Shown one piece after another: positions 10,771-25,700 of a DNA stretch of 64,000 nucleotides. The number at the start of each line of letters is the position of its first letter. The stretch's first letter is position 1. The notes under the pieces are model-generated. The model was not told the origin of the DNA. It worked only from the letters and a program-made list of their open reading frames with translations, and made no database searches. The stretch comes from Antedon mediterranea (taxonomy: Eukaryota > Animalia > Echinodermata), in assembly GCF_964355755.1 (NCBI RefSeq), contig NC_092672.1, positions 35,780,437-35,844,436 on the forward strand, given 5' to 3'. The position numbers and the translations under genes were made by a program.

Positions 10771-13700
10771 ATGGTAAGTTTAATGTTATCATAGATTAAT
10801 AAATATTTACTAAGACTAAGAGAGTAAAACTAATATAGTTAATACAATGTTCAAATGTCATAAGTCAACTTTTTGGAGAATAAAATATTAAGAAAAATTG
10901 TATTGTAGTGATAGTGATACTGATAGCCTAACCAAAAATATGCAGTAAATTGTATTTTAAAAAAATGACCCATATTGGTGTGAACCACTTCATTGTGGTT
11001 CTCTGTGGACCAAGTACAGTGGGTTTCATGATAAATTGATTGATTGAAATTAATAAATAAATGCTACAACCTGCTGTAACCTGTTGTGGTAAGGCTGGTT
11101 AATTAATGTACAAGAAGGCACCTGGAAACTCTGCTGGGGAAATTGGTCAATTAAGTCATCCTTTTCAAGTTCAGCATCCTATAATATAAACATCAAGGTC
11201 AAAGGAAACTATCAAGTGCACTTGACCAACAATACATTTATTTGTCGACAACAAAAGATAGTGACACAACAATGTAGACTTTATACCTTCCATGTAAAGC
11301 TCTATCAAACTAGTTTGACAAAAAAAGTGTGATGTGCCCAAATGTGGAAGTGATATGCCCAAATATGGTAGTAATATGATGTCATCATGTCCATATATGA
11401 GCACATCACACTTTTTTGTCTAGTTTGATAGTGTGGACAGAGCTTTAGATTAAATATTCAACTACTGAAAGCCAGATAATATTATATCATGGAGCTGATA
11501 TGGTTATATGATGCAGTGAACTTCAGTGTCATGTCTGAGGAGAGAAGAGTCATACGTGCTCTTGTGTCCATTGCATAAAGCTCTGTCTACACTATCAAAC
11601 TTTATGTCGCAACAAAATTGTGTTGTGCCCATATATGGACATGATGATGTCATATGATATCCCAACCATATTTTGGCATATCACTACCATATTTGTACAT
11701 ATCACACTTTTAAACTAGTTTGATAGTGTAGATAGATCTTAAGCCCTATCTACACCATCAAACTTAGACAGATGTTATCGTAGGCTATTAGTTACATGAT
11801 GTACAGTATGGAAAAGAACATAGTAAATTGCTATACTCTGTTGTGTCAATTTCGATTTCCATCTTTACGCTATTCTGAAGTAGATTAGGAAGGATTGTCT
11901 TTTGGTTGTACTAATCCTTCCTAGTTAATCTGCAATATGTTCTGAGACATAACCAATTTATTTTGTCATCTGAAACTGAAATATCACATACTATTTTCTA
12001 CTTGTTGTAATCAAATTATTTTTATATTTCTTAATTTATTCCAATGTTCTATGTTTATGATGTAATCTAATATTCAATTGTTGTTATATTCTTAATAATT
12101 CACCAACATTTTCTGTTATAATGATGTAATCTACTAATTCAATTGTAATACAGCTGAAACTGCAATATGAAAAATGTCAGTTCATTATGGGAAATTCACA
12201 TTAAATACTTTCTGTCGTCTGACATTTTTTGAAAAGTCATTGTTTTGTCTAAAGAGAAAGGGAAAGATAAACAATCAAATAGATTATGAATTTCAACAAC
12301 TTTTTTCCGGAATAACCTGTTCAAACCGATTTTGAAGTCAAGTTTCTAGTCTAAGCCATTTTTTCTTTCGTATTTTTTATATATAATTTTATGTCAAAGT
12401 TGTAAAGTCAATATAAAATATTATTTGATTGGCAAAAAGGTGCTTATCATTCTTATGTCTAGTGCCTGTTAATTTATTAATCAATCTGGGATATTAGTAG
12501 TACCAGGATCTTTCTCTTGGCCCAGAAAAGTAAGTGGCAAATTGCAAAAAAATTAGCAGTTCATATTATTAGAATTCAGTCAAAGACTGTTCTATCATAC
12601 TAGCCTATACAATAAGTTGCTTATCCCAACCTCCATAAATATTTAGTGGAATAATCAGGTATCCAGATTTTATTAGGTTCTTTTAAATGTAGAATACAAT
12701 AGCTTGGATTACAAATAAATAAAAGTATGATAAATTCTGGTTACCTTATAGTATTTTTTTAAATTGTAAAATATATATAAAAAAAAAATAAAATATATAT
12801 ATATATAAAATATATAAAATATATATATATGTATATATCTTAATATTTGTAATATATTTTCTTGGACTCAAACATTTTTATCCGAGAAGACTTGTTCTAC
12901 CACCAGAACCATGGAGCAAGTGAGCTTCGAACCCTTGCCGATGTTATAGCTACGTAATTACGGTTCCACTGTCTTAACAGCTCGGCCATTAACTCGGTGT
13001 ATTCATTTCTTTTTTCTTTAATTCTCTCTTTTAGTCTGAAGCACAACAAGAAGAGCATGATAGCTTGGTGCATGTAAAGGCTAGTGATGCTTTTCCCAAG
13101 AAGCAGTTACACAAGGAGGACGACTCCTTGGAAGTACCATATCCACTTCTTACTGGAGAGTCTGCTCTCTTCCTTGGAAAAGCCTGCGATTCCATCATTT
13201 GCCTGTCTGACTTCAGATTGGTTATAAGATACGCAGATTCATTTGATAACGTAAGTTTTCATGCGAAATTCGTGACGCTACTCCCAAATCACACGGTCCT
13301 TGATGAAATGATGATTAAACTGTTTCGTGATACACACCTTGACACGCCCTAAAGCTGATTTGGTATGCCTTAATGTTTATTGACACGTCCTAATGTTTAT
13401 TGACATGCCCTAACGCATATTGACACGCCTTAATTTTTATTATTGTCAAGGCCCAAAATGTAAATGTATCAAATATATTGATATGCCCTAAAGTATCTTG
13501 ACACGCCCTAAAGTATATTGACACGCCCTAAAGTATATTGACACGCCCTAAAGTATATTGACACGCCCTAAAGTATCTTGGCAAACTCTAATGTTTATTG
13601 ATATGAGATTTGTTGTAAAAGTATCATTTTCTTGTGAATAAATTGACTATGCTTTTCTGAATTTATCGAAAAAAAAGACACTCTAGTGTTTCATACTTTG

Positions 13701-16700
13701 ATTTTCATGTATGAGCTACTTGTGTGCCCTCCTGGAGTGTTTTACCTAATAGCATTAGATGGTAAAATATTAATTGATGAATGACATAATAAATCTATGC
13801 AAAGTTTTTTTTTTTTAGTACTGTACCACCAGCAAATGAGAATCTATAGTAGACTATATTTCTTCCTATGTCTACCGGTACATAAATCATGACACTTAGC
13901 AGCACTCTATCCATCGCAAACAGTTCATCATCATTTGCACAAATTGATTAATGGTTTTTCTGCATTCACACTATAAATCATAAAAGAATTTTCCAAGATG
14001 GTCCCTTATTATATTATGGATACATTTATTAGTATTACTTATTCTTGAATGTTAGACATGCACGATAGAATCCCTTAAGGGAATACTTAAATGTTTGATA
14101 CCTAAAGAACATTGTAAAATTAACATAAAAATAAAGTTTTATTGCTTGGTTATATTTAAATAATGAAACACTCAGAATAATGAAGGATTGTTTATAGTAT
14201 TTTGCTGTATGTAAATCTAATTATTATACCAATTATAAAATATTATGAAAGGTTTATACCCTTACTACATATATTACTGTATTTAATAAAACATATTACA
14301 TTTATAGAAAAAAATTGTTACAATTCTGATCTATGGTATTGGGGCCCGGGCCCCTCTCTAAATTTCTCAAATTGTAATGCAAAAGATAGGACATCAAATT
14401 AAGTTCAGCACTAAATTTCACTGGTTTTAGGCCCAAAGACCCCCTATTTCAAAATCCTGCATCCGCCACTGGATTGAGGGGCGTGAGACAACAGCTAAAT
14501 CTCCCTTCCCTCCCTCACATAAAGGAGCTACATCAGTCTAGATTATTATTATTTTTTAATAATTATTATTATTTAGGTGCCTTTGCGATTGATTGAGAAT
14601 GTTGAGACTCGAGATATGAACTACGTACACATTTTATGCAAAGACGCCCAGTCTATTAGGTAAGTTATTCATGAATTTCATACAATTGTTGAGAATTAAA
14701 GAATGTTATTTAAAAAACATCCATTTTCAGAATAAATTTTCAGTTGGGAGAGAAAAGAAAACAGGTTTTGCTGAGTCAGGTGAGAAATTTTACTTAACTG
14801 TACTTCGAGGAAAAATAATGATTGGTAAGGTAATAAATTAGCAGAAAATAATCCTGAAAGTTTGCTGTTTAGGAATAGTGTACATTAAAATAGTTATAAA
14901 TGGTACAAGGAAATACTACTATAACAAGTTTAGTATAATTAAAATACTTGTACAAGGAAATATTACTATATAGTTTAGTAAATAATGTTTACTTGATACT
15001 ATACACTTTTATTATTTATTTTTTTGAGAAACCTATGAAAAACATTCAATGGTTCTTTTTATGGGAAATCCCCATTTCAATTCTTTGCATTTGTGAGACA
15101 TTGGGTGAATGGGTCGATAATATGTTTGTAATTCAATGAAGGTGACAACAATACTATTCATTATATAAATGCATTTAGGTATTTCCATCCACCCACAAGT
15201 ATATATATTTAGCCTGGGGTTTTTACGAAATCTATTTATAACTTTTCAAACTATTTATTTCGTTATTAAAAAGCCCAGTTACGTTAATACTATAAAATAT
15301 TAAATTTTTCTTAAAGAACTCTGGAAGAATTATAAGCCAGTGTAGTAAATATTACTCCTTTTACCATACTGTATATCAGATGTGATCATACAGAAAAAAA
15401 CAAAGATTTTTTAGATGATGTTGAATTTGACAACTAGAAAAGTTATCTTTCCCCAAGTGTCCTGCTACGACAGCTCAATCTGAAATCATTGTAAAAATAG
15501 ACATAATTTCAATGTAATAAAGCTCTGTCTACACAATCAAACTAGTTTGACAAAAAAGTGTGATGTACCCAAATATGGTAGTGATATGCCTAAATATGAT
15601 AGTAATGTGACATCATCATGACCATATATGGGCACATCACATTTTTTTTGTCGCATAAAGTTTGATAATGATAGTGTAGACAGAGCTTTATAGTTGAACA
15701 AAATTTGAACCAAAAAAACCCCATTAAATTGAATGACGTTTTAATACACAAGAGTCATTAAATCTACTTCAGTTCTGAAGACTAATTTTGACTTTGTGGT
15801 TTACAAATTTAAATAGTAAATCTAAAAGGGAATTCCTAGAATTATGTTTTAATTTTGTTTGAATACCTCGTAATCTAGGCACTTGAATAATAAATTACCT
15901 GTATTGCAGTTTAACGACTTTACAATAATATTTCATTAGAAGATAAAAAAAAAAGGTTTTAATATCACTTTTTATAATCAGAAAACTTTATTTTCATTTT
16001 ACAACTGAGGTACTGTATACATATTTTTATTTATTTAAAAAGAGGGAGGTATATGACATTTATGTTGATGCATAAATCATAGAGAAGTACAATATACAGA
16101 CATAAATAAAATGAAATCATTACACAACGTATTATAAACAGATTGTAATTATATCGGCCAGGTTATTAAACATTTTTTTTAAAACATTTATTTTAAACTG
16201 GCCTCATGGTTACGTTAGTGTCCAATTTATGAATAATTTGGCATTTTAAATTAAATTATTTGTGATTTATTAGATAATTTAACACATGTCTAGAAGAATA
16301 ATACATTAATAAGAAGAGTTTGAAATTGGCTATTTGTTTATTTTTCATCTGTTTAGAAGATAAACATCTTTATTAATTATTGATTTATGTCAGAGGCATG
16401 ATTTGTAATTTGTAAACATTAATTTTACAGTTTGGAACTGGCCATTTTTTTATTTACTTTTTTCCAGAAATAAAGTTGTTTTTGTTATTTTAATCATTAT
16501 TAATATTATTCAATGTATTATTTTTTGCCACATTGTCAAGTTATACTAGTACAGTAAATGGATAAATAGTGAAACATGGATGGACAAATAAGTGTTCAAT
16601 TTTATAACGGTTTATTAATTTAAAATCTCATCTATAAACTAGAAAGCCACTCCGAGAGTGCATACCTCCGCCTACTGTAAAATTCTCCTACATAAGATTT

Positions 16701-19700
16701 CTCCGGTAAAAAAAAAATAATGGTTATGTAACAAGCCTTTCAATTAACAATGGCTTCAGTTGACTAACAATAGAACAGCAACGCGAAAATCAAACGAGTG
16801 AATTTGAAAAGAAAATAGGTTTTTTAAACTACTGGCATCAAAAAACGTGAACATTAATTCAAATTATGTTTTAAAATTACAAATCACAAATTATAACTCT
16901 TGCCTCTTGTACAAAAATGAAGTTTTTTGGACAAGTAGTTCTCGAGAAAATGCAATTTCAGTATACTTGTTACTTTAAGACTGCTCGCCGGCTTTTGAAA
17001 AATTATGTCCTATCTTTTAACACTAGCAGGTCTGAAAAGTATACTAAAAAGTGGTCCAGAATTGGGACAATGGTCCTAAAATTTAATGGAATGGTCCTTG
17101 ACCACATATCTATCTGTATATTCATTTTGGTAAAGATCTTGTAATTACTTTTTGAGTAATCCTGCTAACAAACAAACAAACACACGCTACCGATTACATA
17201 TACCTCCTTGGCGGAGGTAAAAAAAGCAGCTAAATCTATTCTATTGAAGGTTCTTCTTTCTAAAACTACTTCAAATACATGATAAATTTATGTGGTTTTA
17301 TTATATAAATTGTAAATAAATTCTTATTTAAAGTAATATATAAATATTGATGATGTCACTGTGCAATGCACATAATAAATATATAAAAATCAATCATGTA
17401 TTACTATTATCACAATTCTGTAGTGTCACAAATTGCATTTGTGATTTAAATATTCATTGATTACATCGTCGTGCGGCTTCTCTCTATATAATTACTTTGT
17501 AGTTTATTGCTGGTCTTCTTGTCATCTCCAATTGGGATATCCCTTGAGTGAGGAAAGAGAGAGGCAATTTAAAAGTCATTTACAGGTTCAAAGGTCAATT
17601 CAAAAGGTCACATGTCTCTTTAGATTTTTTCCTTATGATGTTTTATTAATGATTTTGGGTACAGTTCCAATTTATTTATATTCCTGATTTCTTTATTAGG
17701 GGAATTTAGTTTCTTTACGAAACATATGAAATTTAAATGAGCACAGCATTGTGATTGTATCTGTATTAGTGATGAACTATTAATAATTACGACAATAAAA
17801 CCAGTCTCTGCTATACTAGTACTACTATCCTTGCCACCACCATATGGTTGTCTGGTATGGCATTGATGATGTAATAGTTTAAATAACCAGTGTCTCGCAA
17901 AATATTTTATTATTTATTGAAAATATTTTCTGAAGACCTGATTTCTCAGAAAGACTTAAATTAGCCTTTAGCATGGTGACAGGTCGGTTTAATTAACTGA
18001 TTGTATTAATGGTAATTAGATAATATGTAATTATTTTGTTTTGAGATAGCACTTATGAATTGATTATGTTCTCATTTGAATATCATCTGATGATGATTAC
18101 AGCGGTCTGTCTCTAAGCATAAACAAAAGAATATATTGAAATTAAATTTATCGGAATAATTACAGCATGTGAAATAAATATAGCAGAATTATTTTGTCAA
18201 AATTGTATAATGAAATGAGATGGATAGCTATATTTGTTGACTTATCAATAATAGTATATTTTAGTTTGCTGGTTTTTATCACAAAGCAGTGTTATAAAAT
18301 TATGTTGTGCAGTGATAACTGTCTGTCATCATTTGGTGCATGCTCAGAAACATATAGGCATGCGCAGAATTACTGTTATTTTTAACTTTAAGGCTGTTAT
18401 TTTGACCAGTCTATGTGGTGCGTGACTAGTGTGTAATATCGAATGCGTAATACAATGTTGAAAAACGCATTTTGGAGGACTTATTTATTTGATCAAATTA
18501 AACCTTATTTGACTATTTATCATCTTTTAAAGTAACATATTTGTACATACAATTTCCTTAGTTTTATGGAATAAATTGATTTTGATTGATTGATTATATC
18601 AATATAATATTCTGGTCTTTAAGTATGTAAAATTGTTATAATATAATAATATTTTAATTTAAATTTTGGTTGTATCTAGGTGTAAGTTTTCAACCAATGA
18701 CAAGTGCCATACATGGGCTCATAGGATCAAGAAGCTTATTCGGACACCGGCCAAGTTGGAGGACTTGTTTGCCTTTGTGTTTCACGCTTACTGCTTTGAA
18801 GATGGATTGGGCAAGTTAACGGACGCAAACACCCCTGGACTGACATTCTTTCAAAAAACCAAAGGTACGAATACTTTCAATAAATTATAAAATTATTGTA
18901 CATAGTAAATTATTTTTAAAGTTTTTTATGAATCAAATTATTCAAGGTTTTTATTTTTTTCTTGAAGAGAGTAAAATTTCTGTATAATACCTATATTTAA
19001 AACTAGAGTGAGAGTTTGTATCGTTGGTTTTAATAAAAATCATGATATAAGATATTTTTGTTGTTATTTACAGAACAACAGTTTCATTACATATTGGATG
19101 CGGAAGCAGAGCGTATGGAATTTGACTTGCAAAAGACTTGGAAAATATGCACTTTGAATCATGACTATTCGTGAGTGTCACTTTAGTTTATCCCACCCAT
19201 CTCCACCAGTCTTCATCATTGCTTGTTATTCATGTTACGTTAGAAAAAAGCACAAAGCTAGTAAAGCCTACATTAAACTAGCCGTACTATTGAGAGAAGA
19301 ACATTGTCACTATTAAAGACATAATAATAATAATACTTATTTGGTCACATAGTAACCAGGAGGCTAAAGCTTGGTTCACACTAGCGACACAATGTGACAC
19401 AACCTATGCAAAGTAAGAAAATGCCCTTTCAATATTAATTGTATTTCCCCACCTGCGATATATCACTGCTGCGTTGCGTCGCTAGTTGAAACCACGTTCA
19501 AGGCCCACACAGATCCAGCACTCATTCCAAATTACAGTAAACAAACAGTAAAATAAGACATTAGATACAACATATAAAAATAAAATAAAACAGTAAGCAA
19601 ACTCCTTCTTTTCTTTGCACACAGGTTATGTTCCTCCTATCCTAAGAAACACATAATACCAAATTGCATCACAGACGAGCAGCTGAAAAAGGTTGCTAAC

Positions 19701-22700
19701 TTCAGATCCAGTAGTCGTTTTCCATCGGTTGTTTGGAGGTAAGTGTCCATTTTCCTCCTCAAAATTATAAACTATCACAGCATTTTATGTTTAAAATTTT
19801 CAAGCCTTGAAGGAATTTTTCTAAAGGCAAATTATAACTCCACTCTCAAAGACTTGTAATAAGACTTTGTTTATGTAGAGCATCTTGCCACCTTTAAGAA
19901 GAAGGAATTCGCTTATGATTAGCCTTGGCAATTTGCCTAATTATAGAAAAAAAGTTATGCTTCTTTAGCTCGAGTAAGACATTAAAAATTAAACAAGTAA
20001 CCGACACAAATTAAGAAAATGATACCAGTTGCTGAAAGTGAGGGCTTACCAGTATATTCATATTAACGTAATTGTGCTTTTATCACAGGGACAAGTCCAA
20101 CGGTGCTGTGATAGTGCGTTGTAGCCAGCCTGAGGTGGGATGGCTAGGTTGGAGAGACACTGAAGATGAGAACATATTGATGTCTATCCTAGAGGCTTGT
20201 AATGCTGATCAAGGGAGACGTTCCAGACATATGAGTTTAGAAGATGACGGTGGCGGAGGAGGAGGAAAAGAAAGTGATACATCTGCTGGCGAAAGTAGTG
20301 GTAAATTTTCATATTTCATTTTATACATTAAAAAAACCATCCATTTTGTTTGTTTTCACTATTTAATCAAACATTTCCTTGTTCTGCACAGTTTGATCAC
20401 ATTTTTATGTAATTGTTTTAGGGGAAGTTCAGGGCCAAAAATTATATCAACTAGCAAATATTTTCTATAAAGGAATTTTTAGTCCAGAAATTCAATTTCA
20501 TACGAAGAGATACACATTAAATTTTAGTATTATCAAAAGCAATGTGAACAAGCTGTGCTTATTAGTAGCAACAGATGTTGTGTGAAATAGATAGACATAG
20601 CAATCAAATACTTTGTTTCCTCTTCTTTGCAGACTCAAGTGACTCTGGCAGTGTGTCAGGGGGATACACTCCAGATAAAAAGAGTATTCTACTACTAGAT
20701 GCAAGGTCATACACAGCAGCAGTTGCCAACAGGGCAAAGGGAGGAGGCTGTGAATGCTCAGGTAAACAGGCCTACAAACAAGTTTGTTTGCTATCAACCA
20801 CTGGCCCTATTTATATATCTATATCAATATACACTACTTTTGGACTTTTAAAAATAATTACCACATTTCTATAACGCCCTTTTCATGAATAATCAAGCTC
20901 AAAGGTGCTTTACATAGCACATTATTACCCCGGTCATGTTTTTGGATCAAACACATATGGAAACATTCCCATAATGCAGCTAGTAATCAGCACAAAGTTG
21001 TGTCTTTATCTATCTGGGACCAATTTTAGAGAGGAGAGAGGCAAATGTAAGTAAAGTGTCTTGCCTAAGGATACAAGCAATGCGGCCAGAGTTGGATTCG
21101 ACCCATTACGAGAGCTCATTATGAGAGCTTCCAACATTTGCACTATATATGTGATCGAAGTATTGGGCTAGCTCATGGGTAGTAGTCAAAAATGTGTACT
21201 AATTATGCTGAAATTGTTTGTGTTGACAGAGTACTATCCTAGCTGTGAGATTCAATTTATGGGACTACCAAACATCCACTCAGTTCGTAAAACTTTTCAT
21301 TCAATTAGAAGTATCTGTTCCAGTTCAGAACACCAACCAAAGTAAGTTGAAAGGGCAAAGGTGAAAGAGCAAAGGTGAAAGGACATGTGTTTTCCAGGGT
21401 TTACACATGGTTTCTATATAAGTTTTCATATTATCAGAAATGTCTAAAATATTACAGGAAAACAATGAAGACGTAAGAAGAAAATACAGTAGAACCCGTA
21501 TAAAGTATCCTCTAAAGCCCTGTCTACACTGTCAAATTAGGCCTAAAAAAAGTGTGATGTGCCCAAATATGGTAGTGATGTGCCTAAATATGGTAGTGAT
21601 ATGACATCATGTCCATATATGGGCACATCACATTTTTTTGTCACATAAAATCTGATTGTGTAGACAGAGCTTTACAAGAAATTGTCCTCTTAATAGGAGG
21701 AGTGTCCCCAGAGTGGGAGGTATCCTCTTAGTAAGGGTGTTCTCTATTGGGGTGTCCCCTGAGTAGGGGTGTCCCCTGAGTAGGGATGTCCCCTGAGTAG
21801 GGGTGTTCCCTGAGTAGGTGTGTCCCCTGAGTAGGTGTGTCCCCTGAGTAGGGGTGTCCCCTGAGTAGGGGTGTCCCCTGAGTAGGGGTGTCCCAAAGGA
21901 AAGATTCTACTGTATCTGCTAATGGGAGTTTAAAAGCATATATATATACCTTAGCTTTTGAGAGTTTTTAAAAATGATAATTTCATTAAGCACAGACTCT
22001 TAACGAGCAAGTAGTTTAATTAGATTTAATAAGTTAAGGTCAGGATGCTAATAATAGAAATTACTCATAAAACACAATTGATATTAATGAAGTAGGTAAA
22101 TTAATTATTAACTAACGATAAGTCTGTGTTGAATTCACAGTTGGCTGTCGTCACTGGAGAATAGTAAATGGTTACACCATCTGTCGTTGCTACTAAGCTC
22201 TGCTGTGATCATTGTGAACGCCATCAACAAGGAGCAGCGCCCTGTTGTCGTACACTGCTCTGATGGCTGGGATCGTACTCCTCAATTGACAGCGTTAGCA
22301 GAGCTACTGCTAGACCCTTATTATAGAACTCTTAAGGTAAGTTATTTATGTCTTCAACTTCAATTTATGTCTTAATTAATTTCCAGTCTATCACCAGACA
22401 CTTTAGAGTTTAAGTGAATTTTTAAGATTAAACAACAACTTAATTACTAAAGCTCTGTCTACACTATCAAACTAGTTTGACAAAAAAAGTGTGATGTGCC
22501 AAAATATGGTAGTAATATGCTTAAATATGGTATTGATATGACATCATCATGTCCATATATGGGTAAGTCACATTTTTTTGTCACTAAAATTTGATAGTGT
22601 AAACATGGCTTTAAACGCTTATTTTTAAATTTCTTTCAATGTTGAATAGGTTTGCAGTTAATCAATATCTTGTAGATGTTATAAATCGTAATTAATTTGT

Positions 22701-25700
22701 TTTTATTTGTCTTGTTTTTGGTTGACAAACAAGCATAAGTTTTTGGCACCTGTCTTTCCTTCCATTTTATATCTCTGTTTGATATTTGTCAGAAATTTGA
22801 ATAAATAAAAATAAATATAATTGTTTCAGGGTTTCCAAGTATTAGTAGAGAGGGAGTGGTTAGCGTTTGGACACAAGTTTGCTGACCGGTGCGGTCATGC
22901 AAAGCAGAATGATGATGCAAATGAGAGATGTCCAGTTTTTCTACAATGGCTTGATTGTGTACATCAGATACTCACTCAATTCCCAACAGCCTTTCAATTT
23001 AATGAGACGTTCTTGGTAAGTTTATCTTTTACTAATCAATACAAATATTCCTCATTTTCAACATTTCTTTTTGTCTACATTTTCTCTTAGTGTTCAGCAA
23101 AGTTTAAAAATATCACATCCATTCATTAATACATCTTTCTCTACATGCTAATCTCCAACATACTCACTTCTGCTGAGTTTGACATTGGAAGTGTAACATA
23201 GACTTAGCTTGTTGCTATTATTAGATTATCTTAATTCAAAGATTTGTGATTTGTCTGCAAAGTAGATTTGGTGCCAGACAACAAAAGTGTCCTTCATATG
23301 AATTTCCCAGGCACGTTAAATTTGTCTCTAAAGCTCTGTCTACACTATCAAACTGAGTGTGATGTGCCCAAAAATGGTATTGATGTGCCCAAATATGACA
23401 TCATGTCCATATATGGGCACATCACATATTTTGTCACATAAAGTTTGATAGTGTAGACAGACTTTATGCAAGTAACTTCTTTATATTTCTATTAAACACT
23501 AATTAATTCTTTTTATTCGTTTCTATTAATTTTGTTAACAATAAATATTTTTTTTTAAAATTATTATTTAAACAATAACAATTTAATTTATTATTATTAG
23601 AAATTATTGTGTCTGGAGTACAAAAAAATGCATGTGGGATTTAGGTATTGTCCATTAGAATAAAGGGGCTTTTACACCTGTTCCGGCAAATCCAATTGAA
23701 CGTCAATGTTTTGTTTTCACGTGGCTACGTGCATATCGATTGGCGCATAGCGTCGGAAAAACGAAACATTGACGTTAAATTCGTAGGACCAGAACCGTGC
23801 CAGAACAGGTGTGAAAGACCCTTTAAACAGGACTGTAAACATGGATGAAAAACCATAAAATAAGGAAGTGGAATAAATGAATGTGAACAGTGATAATAAA
23901 AAAGTTTTTAACAATGTTTCTTCAGATTAAACTTGTCAAGCATACATTTTCATGTCTCTTTGGAACATTCCTGTGTAACAGTTCAAAAGAACGACAGCAA
24001 AGTGATGTCAAGGATAGAACATGCTCTGTGTGGTCAATCCTGGAGGTTGAAGGTCATAAATATATCAATTATCTTTATGCAGCTACAAATAAGGTATGTA
24101 AAGCTCTGTCTACACTATCAAACTTTATGTGACAATAAAATGTAATTTGCCCATATGGACATGTTGATGTCATATCACTACCATATTTGGGCAAATCACA
24201 CTTTTTTTGTCAAACTAGTTTGATAGTGTAGACGGAGATTTAGTAGTTGTATTTTTCATAGACATAGACAGTTTAGAACAATGTTTGAGGTTATAATTTA
24301 TCTGATTTAGACATTTTATTTTAAGTAATTTTAAAGAAAGTATAGCAATAGAAACAACATTATAGACGTATTTAAGTAATTTTAACAATAGAAACATTAT
24401 TTTAGATAGTAATCAAAAGTTGTATTATTCTTTATTTTCTTTCAGGTGAATTTATATTTTGTTTTTTAATCAAGTCTCCACAATGTATTTAATCCTTACT
24501 TCTTTTTCTTTCTTTTCTTTCAGGTGCTTTATCCTTCATGTAATATACGCAATCTCCGTCTTTGGGCCAATGTCTACATGTCTGATTCAGTTGCGACAAG
24601 TCCAGATGACATCACACCAACTGGTCCCGCACGTGAAGTTCAAATGGCCAATGCCTCGCAGTTACCGAGAACCAGATCTTGCGACGATATCCATAAAGCT
24701 GGAAATGATATATCGGAAGGAAATGAAATACTGAAGGAAATATCTAACCTACAGCGTACATCTAGTGATCCTAACTTAAGCGATACAAGATGTGAATTAA
24801 ATATTGGTGTGTCTCCGCCTCAGAGAGGTGCGGATATCTCACCAGAGGTGTTGCGTAAGAACATCAACGCCCTCGCAGAGGTTGGGGTAGATGATGTTAC
24901 TAAGCAACCTGTGCAGGAGCCTGATGTCAAGGAATTAACAAATGGAATAATAACAATAAATGGTTTTAACGAAAACTCTGTAGAACTTGATAGTTTTGTA
25001 AACTCGGCAAGTGGTGAGGACGTTAACAGTTCCACCAATCATAACGATGATGACGGTGAAATGCATTCTGGGGAATCAGCCAACCATAACGGCCATGTGC
25101 CAAACGGATTAGCGAATGGCGTTGTTAACGGAACGGTTATGGATTCTGTAAAGCTTCCAGGAAAAGCGTTTAGGACCCCGATTGATGCGCATCTAGAAAG
25201 TTCAACAGAGACTCTTACAGAAGATATTGCTAATAGCCTTACAAACGGACATTCTGATGAAAATGGTCTATTAAAATCCAAAAGTTCAACTATTAGCACT
25301 AGCACTACAGACATTAGCGATTCAACAATAGGATTAGTAGACGCAATACATAAAGACCGCTCTCTAAATTACGAAAGAGAAATGTATAGCAAATCGGAAA
25401 TATATTACAAGTCTTATCCGCCGCTCTCGGTTAAAACTAGCAAGTCGTTTTACGATCCCGCAACCCGCCGGAGTCATACCTCTGGCTCGAGCATGCTCAG
25501 TTCAGCCTCCGAGTATTCTACGCCAAGTGCTAGTCCTCGGTATGAACTTAACGGTCACGGCGGGAGTTTAGATAGTCATCGTTCATACGTGAAGGATAAC
25601 GTACCAAGTATGTTACGCATCGGGAGACATTTAGATGAAGATGGGTTGACATCAGTTAAGGATCCCTACCAAAATAAATTACAGGCCATGGAAAAGGAGA

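Noticed and set aside
21750-21895. Regularly spaced short repeats as a CRISPR array (also 13338-13603 and 1630-2067)
   Set aside because: Head-to-tail minisatellites without unique spacers, in eukaryotic introns, with no cas genes.
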